Position numbers and translations under genes: made by a program. Under the pieces are notes generated by a model. The model was not told the DNA's origin and ran no database searches. It saw nothing but the letters and a program-made list of their open reading frames with translations. From assembly GCA_964016885.1 (NCBI GenBank), contig OZ024762.1:9610001-9674000 (forward strand): 64,000 bases of DNA, read 5' to 3'. The DNA comes from Eledone cirrhosa (lineage: Eukaryota). Below, in pieces: positions 53,860-64,000 of the stretch; the stretch's first letter is position 1, and every line of letters starts with the position of its first letter.

Positions 53860-54521
53860 CACCAGTAACAGCAGTACCACCATCACCACCAACAACAACC
53901 ACTACCACCACCACCACCACCATCGCCACCATCACCACCACTACAACAACAACAGTACCACCACCACCACCACCACCATCATCACCACCACTACAACAAC
54001 AGTACCACCACCACCACCACCACCATCATCACCACCACTACAACAACAGTACCACCACCACCACCACCATCACCACCACTACAACAACAGTAGCAACAAC
54101 AGTACCACCACCCCCACCACCACCACAACAACAGTACCACCACCACCACCACCATAACAACAGTACCACCACCACCACCACTACAACAACAGTACCACCA
54201 CCACCACCACCACCACTACAACAGTACCACCACCACCACCACCACTACAACAGTACCACCACCACCACCACCACAACAGTACCACCACCACCACCACCAC
54301 AACAACAGTACCACCACCACCACCACCACCACTACTACAACAACAGTACCACCACCACCACCACCACCACCACCACTACTACAACAACAGTACCACCACC
54401 ACCACCACCACCAACAACAACAGTACCACCACCACCACTACAACAGTACCACCACCACCACCACCACCACTACAACAACAGTACCACCACCACCACCACC
54501 ACCAACAACAGTACCACCACC

Positions 54522-54552
<31 letters not shown>

Positions 54553-54693
54553 GTACCACCACCATCACCACCACCACAACAACAACAGTACCACCACCAC
54601 CACCACCACCAACAACAGTACCACCACCACCACCACCACCACCACCACTACAACAGTACCACCACCACCACCACCACCACCACCAACAACAGT

Positions 54694-54724
<31 letters not shown>

Positions 54725-54862
54725 GTACCACCACCACCACCACCACCAACAACAACAGTAGCAGCAACAGTACCACCACCACCACCACCACCACTACAAC
54801 AGTACCACCACCACCACCACCACCACTACAACAGTACCACCACCACCACCAACAACAGTACC

Positions 54863-54894
<32 letters not shown>

Positions 54895-55105
54895 CAGTAC
54901 CACCACCACCACCACCACCACCACCACTACAACAGTACCACCACCACCACCACCACCACTACAACAGTACCACCACCACCACCAGCAACAGTACCACCAC
55001 CACCACCACCACCACCACCACCACTACAACAGTACCACCACCACCACCACCACCACCACCACCACCACCACCACCACCACCACTACAACAGTAGCAGCAA
55101 CAGTA
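53860..55105. repeat. (ACC)n(AAC)nAGT compound array
   Basis: Direct reading. Confidence 0.95.
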
Positions 55106-55111
55106 CCTTAC

Positions 55112-55138
55112 CTGAGCTAAACAAAGAGTAGTTGATGG
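55112..55138 (-). CDS. Candidate 27-nt microexon (phase 1-1 xINYSLFSSx, or phase 0 PSTTLCLAQ)
   Basis: TTTCTAAAT branch-like, GTTTTTCATCACTCCAG| CCATCAACTACTCTTTGTTTAGCTCAG |GTAAGG; ~90-bp unique island between two arrays. Confidence 0.45.
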
Positions 55139-55414
55139 CTGGAGTGATGAAAAACATTTAGAAATTTATAGCTACAGCCATCTTCTTCAGCTTCTCTCTA
55201 GATTTCTATCTCTCTCTCTAGATATCTCTGTGTCCCTCTCTCTCTCTCTAGACATCTCCATGTCTCTCACTCTCTCTCTCTCTGTTCTATATATCTCCCA
55301 AAATATCTGTCTCTCTCTCTCACTAGATATCTCTACGTCTCTCTCTCTCTCTCTCTGTTTTATATATCTCCCAAAATACCTCTCTCTCTCTCTCACTCAC
55401 TAGATATCTCTACG

Positions 55415-55447
<33 letters not shown>

Positions 55448-55464
55448 GTTCTATATATCTCCCA

Positions 55465-55495
<31 letters not shown>

Positions 55496-55515
55496 ACTCA
55501 CTAGATATCTCTACG

Positions 55516-55547
<32 letters not shown>

Positions 55548-55651
55548 CTATATATCTCCCAAAATATCTGTCTCTCTCTCTCTCACTAGATATCTCTATG
55601 TCTCACTCTCTCTCTCTGTTCTATCTCTCTCAAAATATCTCTCCCTCCCCC

Positions 55652-55705
<54 letters not shown>

Positions 55706-56203
55706 TTTCTTTCTCTGATTCTCTCTCTCTCTTTCTTTATGTCTATCTACCTCTCTCTATTTGTGTGTGTGAGTGTGTGTCTGTATGTATGTATGTCTAT
55801 CTATATGTATATGTATACATGTATGCAATGTATGTGTATGTATGTATATATATGTACAAATGTATATATATATATATATATATGTGTGTGTATGTACATA
55901 TATGTATGTGTATGTATATATATATATGTACAAATGTATATATATATATATATATATATGTGTGTATGTGTATGTACATCTATGTATGTGTATGTATGTA
56001 TATATGTGTACATATGTATATATATATATATGTGCGTGTATATGTACATGTATGTATGTATGAGTGTATGTATACACACATATATATATATATGTATGTT
56101 TTATAAGGTCTTTATTGATTATTTTATCTACGATCCTGTGTAGCTTCCCAAAGTATTTTTAAGTTTCTTTCTTAACCTTTGCCTCCCACACACACACATA
56201 AAT

Positions 56204-56258
<55 letters not shown>

Positions 56259-56282
56259 AGAAAAAAGAAAAGAAAAAGAGTA

Positions 56283-56841
56283 TAATTGTTTCTACTTTTG
56301 GCACAAGACCAGCAATTACCCAGTACATTACTGGTACTTTATTTTATCGACCCCGTAAGGATGAAAGGCAAAGTTAACCTCGACCGTAAAGGGACGTAAC
56401 TATGCTAGAAAACATGGCGTCCAACCCTCAACCGATACTGCCAATCCACCACCTATTTTAAACAGTACAATGTGGTTAGAGCATTGGCTAGTGGTTAGAG
56501 TATTGGCATGGAGGCATATGGCTTAGTGGTTAGAGCATTGGTCTTGCAATCGAAAGGTTGTGAGTTCAATTCTCAGACTGGGTGATGTGTTGTTTCCTTT
56601 ATTTCACATTGCTCCAGTTTACTCAGCTGTAGAAATGAGATGATAGGGACTGGGGTCCCTATCATTCCACTGTAAAGTGGTCGGGGAGGTGCCACGGCAA
56701 AAAGGCACCCAGCACTTACTGTAAATGAGGTTGGTGTTAGGAAGGGCATCCAGCTGTAGAAATCAAGCCAGAATCAGTTCCCGTCCCACCCTTGCAAGCA
56801 GGGAAAAAGCGGACGTAAAATGAAATGATGATAATGATAAT
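56283..56841. mobile_element. OK-like SINE (-) followed by a composite SINE (+) with a stuttered 5' end
   Basis: GTGGTTAGAGYATTGGC occurs twice before the full head at 56508. Confidence 0.9.
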
Positions 56842-57077
56842 GTCAGAAGTACAGTACAGTGTTAAAATTCTACAAAGGTACCCTCCTTGTCAACCAGTGT
56901 TTCTAATCATCTAGGTATATCCTCAACTGACTTCATCAGGAACTGGGGCAGTGTTGGTCAGAATATGTTCCTCCAGTCAGAGTTTTTTGCATTACGTTAT
57001 AAATTTCTTCCTTTGCCCACCCCCACAGATAAATTCGGATAGCGTTAAGTCAGAGTTTCTTGGTGGTCATTCATGTA

Positions 57078-57361
57078 CAGGGTGGGCTAGAATTCATGAC
57101 TCTCTTGTTAGTGCTTACCGTATCTTGTTCATGATCTTATGCCTGTATATGGTATTATATTCCTTAATTCAAATCCTGCCGAGGTTAACTTTGCCTTTCA
57201 TCCTTACGGGGGTCGATAAAATAAAGTACCAGTAATGTACTGGGTAATTGCTGGCCTTGTGCCAAAAGTAGAAACAATTATATTCCTTAACTTGTTTTAT
57301 AACATTTTGTGTTAATAGATCTATAAATAATCAAGTCAGTCATGAATTCTGGCCCACCCTT
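57078..57361. mobile_element. Tc1/mariner-type MITE with a SINE fragment inserted (57168-57280, +)
   Basis: TA|CAGGGTGGGCTAGAATTCATGACT ... AGTCATGAATTCTGGCCCACCCTT|TA (22/24). Confidence 0.85.
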
Positions 57362-57752
57362 TAGAACTCAACAACACAACTAATGTTCTGGAAATTGGAC
57401 ATCAAGGCCACTCACAGACAGTACTTGCAAAATTAGGAGAGACCTCATCTTGCATGAATATGAGGCCATTGATGTTTCCCAAGTGATAACAGTAGGCGAA
57501 AAGTTATACTCAAGGGTCTCAAATAATTGTCCCCCGCTTATTAATTTTTCATAATCTATCTTCGGCAAAATTTTATTTTAAGTGGTAGCATTCCTGCGAC
57601 TGTTAATTTTCTTTATACATTAAAAAAACATTATACATGACCAAAAAAAAAAAAGACATTACAAGAAATCTCATATGTTATAAAATAAATAGGATGGGTT
57701 GGGGTCTCAATATGCAAACGCAGACACACTTACAAAAGTACACTCTCGCTGG

Positions 57753-58510
57753 CATACATTCACGCAAATACACATACATTCGCACAAATACACATACATT
57801 CACACAAATACACATACATTTCACACAAATACACATACATTCACACAAATACACATACATTCACACAAATACACATACATTCACACAAATACACATACAT
57901 TCACACAAATACACATACATTCACACAAATACACATACATTCACACAAATACACATACATTCACACAAATACACATACATTCACACAAATACACATACAT
58001 TCACACAAATACACATACATTCACACAAATACACATACATTCACACAAATATACATACATTCACACAAATACACATACATTCACACAAATACACATACAT
58101 TCACACAAATACACATACATTCACACAAATACACATACATTCACACAAATATACATACATTCACACAAATATACATACATTCACACAAATACACATACAT
58201 TCACACAAATACACATACATTCACACAAATACACATACATTCACACAAATATACATACATTCACACAAATACACATACATTCACACAAATACACATACAT
58301 TCACACAAATACACATACATTCACACAAATATACATACATTCACACAAATATACATACATTCACACAAATACACATACATTCACACAAATACACATACAT
58401 TCACACAAATACACATACATTCACACAAATATACATACATTCACACAAATACACATACATTCACACAAATACACATACATTCACACAAATACACATACAT
58501 TCACACATAC
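57753..58510. repeat. 20-bp minisatellite (TCACACAAATACACATACAT)n, ~37 copies
   Basis: Direct reading; a C>T variant recurs periodically. Confidence 0.97.
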
Positions 58511-58817
58511 ATTTACTCAAACACACACATAGACATACACTCACACACAGCATAGCAAATGGCACGCCAGCCGTTGTTTTGCTATAGTTTTTTCACCATC
58601 CCCTTCCTTCCTTTTACACACACATTGTGTGATGGACGGACGAATGGAAGTCGATCAAATTTATATATAGACAGATTGAAATATTAGGTGATGCTGATGA
58701 GGTGATATTACATGGAGTCATGTGGGTAACATCATGGCAGGCGTGAGTATTTTAAACCTGGTAAACCTGGCTGAACTCATCCCTCTCCAGGTCTGAACAG
58801 AGTCGAATTCTTCCTCT

Positions 58818-59120
58818 GAGAGAGAGAGAGAGAGAGAGAGAGAAGGAAATAGAGGGAAGGAGAAAGAAGGAGAGAAGGAGAAATACAGAGATAGTTATAT
58901 AGACTGATAGAGATAGATGGATAGATAGATAGATAGGTAGATAGATAGATAGATATATGGGTAAATAGATAGATAGATTGAGAGAGAGAGAGAGAGAGAA
59001 GGAAATAGAGGGAAGGAGAAAGAAGGAGAGAAGGAGAAATACAGAGATAGTTATATAGACTGATAGAGATAGATGGATAGATAGATAGATAGATAGGTAG
59101 ATAGATAGATAGATAGATAG
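58818..59120. repeat. ~160-bp direct duplication of a GA/GATA compound unit
   Basis: AAGGAAATAGAGGGAAGGAGAAAGAAGGAGAGAAGGAGAAATACAGAGATAGTTATATAGACTG twice. Confidence 0.9.
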
Positions 59121-59536
59121 ACAGAAAGAAGGGGGTGATAGTTATATAGATTTTGATTTAGAGATAGAGAGAGGAGGGAGGGGGGGGGATAATCGACCTA
59201 AGTATTTCACTGGTACTATATTATTGAGCTTGAAATGATAAACGGCAAAGTTGACCTCTGCAGAATTTGAACTCAATGCGCAGAAAGCCAGGACAAATAC
59301 TGCAAAGTATTCTATCCAAAGTTCTAACAACTCCTTGAATACATCTCCTTACTGGACCCCCCCCCCCCCTCCCTACACACACAAAAAATAAGTGTAAAAT
59401 ATATAAATATAAGGAAAGAGAATATACTTAACAACAGCAACAACAACATCAATCCTATCTTTGTACAACCAGAGGTAAAACAACCAAACAATTTAGAATC
59501 AGAAAATATTTCATGTTTTCAAAAGAGCAATTTTTT

Positions 59537-59590
59537 TCTTACCTGAAAAATACAAGAGTGAAATAAAGGGAAACAACTATTAGAAACATA
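59537..59590 (-). promoter_or_regulatory. Candidate recursive splice site (3' splice site fused to 5' splice site)
   Basis: Minus strand TTTCTAAT-AGTTGTTTCCCTTTATTTCACTCTTGTATTTTTCAG|GTAAGA. Confidence 0.55.
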
Positions 59591-59634
59591 ATAATAACAA
59601 CAACAATAATAATAAAAAATAATAACAATAATAA

Positions 59635-60060
59635 TAATTGTTTCTACTTTAGGCACAAGGCCAGCAATTTGGGAAGGAAGGGGGGGGCCGATTAAATTGA
59701 TTCCAGTGCATTACTGGTGCTTTATTTTATCAACCCTGTAAGGATGAAAGGCAAAGCTAACCTCGGCGGGATTTGAACTCTGAACGTAAAGGGCCGTAAC
59801 TCTATGCCACATAGCATGGTGTCCGACGCTCTACCGATTACTGCCAATCCACCACCCTTGAAGTATAATAATAATATAAATGTTTCTACTTTTGGCACAA
59901 GGCCAGTAATTACCCAGTACATTACTGGTACTTTATTTTATCGACCCCATAAGAATGAAAGGCAAAGTTAACCTCAACGGGATTTGAACTCAAACCGTAA
60001 AGGGACGTAACTATGCTAGAAAGCATGGCGTCCGACTCTCTACTGATACTGCCAATTCAC
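59635..60060 (-). mobile_element. Two tandem OK-like SINEs
   Basis: Family motifs. Confidence 0.9.
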
Positions 60061-60179
60061 CAAATAATGACAATAATATCAATAATGAGAAACAATACCT
60101 AAAATAAAAGGTGCTCTGGGAATTATAAAAAAACCACACAGGCAGATACATAACTCCAGGACTTATAAATATATGGGTA

Positions 60180-61000
60180 AAAAATAAAGACCCCCTTTGG
60201 TCACGAATGACCATGGGATTTACACCTAGAAAGTTCCCCTCCGAGGCACAAGTCCAGGCAAGGTTGTTTGTGGAAGACCAGCAGTCACCGATGCATACCA
60301 GTCTCTCCTCTCCATGTCATCGATGTTGTCCAAGGGAAAGGCAATGGCAGATACAGCTTGGCACCAATGATATCAAAACTCATATATACACTATGTAAAA
60401 TATATATACACTATGTACATTATATATACACTATGTTCAGTATTCTAGGGCTGGTAAAATTCCCGAGATCCATGGACGAGTTCTCTCCAGCGGTCTCTGT
60501 CCCTCATTATCGCTGCCATGTCCTGCATCTCCAACAGACCAGTGTCTGTCCTTAGGGCATCAACATACGTTAACCTTGGTCTTCCTCTTCCAGTGTGTCC
60601 ATGAAGGGGCTCTCACAGGAGCACTGAGTGCAATGTCAACTCTGGATGTTGGTGAGCATATCCAGCTAACCTCAGTCACCTCTGTGTCACTTTTGAGCTG
60701 ACTTTTGGGTTAAATAACTACCTTATTCGAGTGGCGCCGGTAAGGTATTGTCAGCCATTGAAAAGAAATATGTTCAGTATATGTATACATAATATATGAT
60801 GTTGTCCAAGGGAAAGACAATGGCCGATACAGCTTGGCACCAGTGACGTCGCATCTTATTTCTATAGCTGAGTGTACTGGAGCAACGTGAAATAAAGTGT
60901 CTTGCTCAAGGACACAACACACCACCCAGTCTGTGAATCGAACTCACAACCTTTCGATTGCAACCCTAATGCTCTAACCACTAAGCCATGTAACTTCACT
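60180..61000 (-). mobile_element. CORE-type SINE pieces (60180-60370, 60797-61000) interleaved with an RTE fragment (60448-60708)
   Basis: GATGTTGTCCAAGGGAAAG..GATACAGCTTGGCACCA body and GTGTCTTGCTCAAGG core; RTE piece matches 37895-38155. Confidence 0.85.
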
Positions 61001-61059
61001 TACAAATATATACAGCAGAAACAATAGTAATGTTACTAGGCACATATTTCAATAATTGA

Positions 61060-61563
61060 TAGAGTGGGTAGCTCAGAGATCAGAGAGTCACTCTATGTAG
61101 AGCCACTATTTCTCCGAATTGAGAGATCACAGCTCCGATACTATGGGTTCCTCCGAAGGGTTCTTGGAGTAACGTTACTCAATAGAGTGTGTAGCTCAGA
61201 GATCAGAGAGTCACCCCAGAGATCATTACTCCATGTAGCTCGGAGATAAGAGAGTCACTCCATGTTGAGCTGATATTTCTCTGAATTGAGAGATCACAGC
61301 TCAGATAGTAAGGGCCATGTGGTTAGAATGTCTCAGGAAAGAATCACTGGACAAATTTTACTGGCAAACCCAACCGGCAAAAGACCCAGGAGTAGACACC
61401 GAGCAAAAGGGTTGGATAACATCCATGAGCTTTGCTGGTTATGTTTGGGGATCCAGCCAGATCAATTGGTGACAGCTGCTTCTGACAGGACCCGCTGGAA
61501 GGAGTGTTTGAGGACTCTGCCCCCACGACCCTCTCAGGAATAAGTGGGCGAAGAAGAAGAAGA
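61060..61563 (+). mobile_element. RTE-clade LINE 3' fragment with internal duplications
   Basis: GHVVRMSQERITGQILLANPTGKRPRSRHRAKGLDNI...PRPSQE*, (GAA)n tail. Confidence 0.9.
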
Positions 61564-62199
61564 AATACATTGTTGCTATTTAAAATAAAATCTTCCAACA
61601 TAATAAATAATTTTAGGTAAATACTCCTAAAGCTTTCTCATTAAAAATTCCTAATTAATGACATATTGTTTTTCGTGAGAAATATGGTCAGAAAAGTGTG
61701 AAACAGATTTAAACAATATATCCTATGGCTGAATACTGTGTCATTGGATTGAAGGTAACTCCTAAACCTCATGTACCAGACATCCTTACGCTCATATGAA
61801 CTGTTCTGTGTAAAGAGCTTAAACCACTTAACAACAACAACAACAACAACAACAGTGACAGCAACAGCAACAGTGGCAATAACAACAACAGCAATAAGAA
61901 GAACAACAACAGCAAAATCAACAACAGCAGCAGTAATAACAATAACAACAACAGCAACAACCACAACAGTAACAACAACATCAACAATAACAACAACAAC
62001 AGTAACAACAACAACACTAACAACTACACCAACAGTAACTACTACTACAACAACAACAACAGCATCAACCAAGAGGATGGTGATGTTGAAGTGGTTGGAG
62101 GAAGCTTGGGAAATGGTATCGGATTAGTGGCAAAGGGATTATTAGAGATGACGGATGAGAGAGATGATGTGAGAATGGAGGTAGATGAACAACACCAAG

Positions 62200-63040
62200 A
62201 CTTGTGGTGGTGGTGGTGGTGGTGATGGTGGTGGTGGTGGTAGTGGTGGTGGTAGTGGTGGTGGTGGTGGTGGTAGTGGTGGTGATGGTTGTAGTGGTAG
62301 TGGTGGTGGTGGTGATAGTGGTTGTGATGATGGTAGTGGTGGTGGTGGTGGTAGTGGTGGTGATGGTTGTAGTGGTGGTGGTGGTGGTGATAGTGGTGGT
62401 GGTGATGGTGGTGGTTGTAGTGGTGGTGATGGTTGTAGTGGTGGTGGTGGTGGTGATAGTGGTGGTGGTGATGGTGGTGGTGGTGGTGTTGATGGTTGTA
62501 GTGGTGGTGGTGGTTGTGGTGGTTGTGCTGGTGGTGCTGGTGATGGTGGTGGTGTTGATGGTTGTAGTGGTGGTGGTAGTGGTGGTTGTGGTGTTGATGG
62601 TTGTAGTGGTGGTGTTGATGGTTGTAGTGGTGGTGGTGATAGTGGTGGTGTTGATGGTTGTAGTGGTAGTGATGGTGATGATAGTGGTGGTGTTGATGGT
62701 TGTAGTGGTAGTGATGGTGATGGTGATGACGATGGTGGTGACGATGGAGGTGGTGGAGACAATGATGGTAGTGATGACAATGATGATGGTGATGATGACG
62801 ACGGTGGTGGTGGTAGTGGTGGTAGTGGTGGTGACAATGGTAAAGATGGTAGTGATGGCAATGCTGGTGATGGTGATGGTAATGATAGTGATGATGATGA
62901 TGATGGCGATGGTAATGATAGTGATGTTAACGATGGTGATGATGATGATGATGAGGGTGCTGGTGATGATGATGAGGGTTCTGGTGATGATGATGTTGGC
63001 GATGGTGATGATGATGACAACAATAATGGTGATGATTATT
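62200..63040. repeat. (GGT)n/(GAT)n compound array
   Basis: Direct reading. Confidence 0.95.
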
Positions 63041-63092
63041 TTTTAAACAATACACATCTGAAGGGTAGTTTTCAAATATAGAAATATATATA

Positions 63093-63560
63093 CATTGTAC
63101 CCTCAAATAAAGGGCCAGCACCTGGGTATTCAGTGCCCTACATTGTACCTTCAAATAAAGGACCAGCACCTGGGTATTCAGTGCCCTACATTGTACCCTC
63201 AAATAAAGGACCAGCACCTGGGTATTCAGTGCCCTGCATTGTACCCTCAAATACAGGGCCAGCACCTGGGTATTCAGTGCCCTACATTGTACCCTCAAAT
63301 ACAGTGCCAGCACCTAGGTATTCAGTGCCCTACATTGTACCCTCAAATACAGTGCCAGCACCTAGGTATTCAGTGCCCTACATTGTACCCTCAAATACAG
63401 TGCCAGCACCTAGGTATTCAGTGCCCTACATTGTACCCTCAAATACAGGGCAGCACCTAGGTATTCAGTGCCCTACATTGTACCCTCAAATACAGCGCCA
63501 GCACCTGGGTATTCACTGCCCTACATTGTACCCTCAAATACAGCACCAGCACCTGGATAT
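63093..63560. repeat. 48-bp minisatellite, ~10 copies
   Basis: CATTGTACCCTCAAATACAGTGCCAGCACCTRGGTATTCAGTGCCCTA. Confidence 0.96.
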
Positions 63561-64000
63561 TTAGCATACTAAGTTAGTCCTACAATGTACACCCTTTGTC
63601 AGTTATGCACCTAAGCTGATAAACCTGGTTTTTGACACTTCTTGCTTTAACCACACTAAGAAAATGACTAAGCCAGCATTTTCCACAACACAGTCCACAT
63701 TCACCCATGACAAATCATGTGATAGGTTCATAACATCATACATCCCTCTAAATCACTTTGGATATTTCCAAAACGCTACTACATAGCAAATATGTTTATT
63801 GATTTATCTATTGATCAGAGGAAATTATTATATATTTAACCTGTTTGACATGAAACCTGCCTGAAACCACACCAGATGCTATGAAACAAAACTGTTTTAA
63901 AATGTTTCTATTTATCTAAAAACCTTTCACCATTCAACATGGTTTTATGTAAAAACCTTTCTTCAGTTGTGTTTCAAACATTAATTTAATTATGGTTTCT

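Noticed and set aside
56890-56945. Minus-strand hammerhead CTGATGA...GAAAC-ACTG-GTT
   Set aside because: Stem I is only 2 bp and there is no repeat or TA context
57637-58587. 316-aa His/Thr repeat ORF
   Set aside because: Read-through of a 20-bp minisatellite
58688-58742. Plus-strand exon xDADEVILHGVMWVTSWQx with a GTGAGT donor
   Set aside because: Acceptor has no polypyrimidine tract; no supporting homology

Overview
Eukaryotic, AT-rich, extremely repeat-dense intronic/intergenic DNA. The tRNA-derived SINE families, RTE/CR1/Tx1 LINE relics and microsatellite load point to an octopod cephalopod (inference from recalled repeat families, not searched). Nearly all long ORFs in the supplied track are microsatellite or triplet-array read-throughs, not genes. 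Best host-gene evidence: a minus-strand first coding exon (21766-21818, MANLVRSAAFKLRNIHT, resembling a mitochondrial presequence) next to a GC box and an 18-bp palindrome. Several candidate microexons and a textbook AG|GT recursive-splice-like site (59543/59542, minus) are weaker signals. The most notable hidden system is a set of minimal type I hammerhead ribozyme motifs in inverted or direct Penelope-like terminal repeats, mostly embedded in (TA)n, with Penelope RT (FYGLPKVHK) and GIY-YIG C-terminal relics elsewhere in the window. Also present: at least 10 minisatellites (several born from SINE/LINE pieces), Tc1/mariner-type and piggyBac-type MITEs, and triplet arrays bracketed by duplicated unique flanks. 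Repeat boundaries were read by eye and are approximate.
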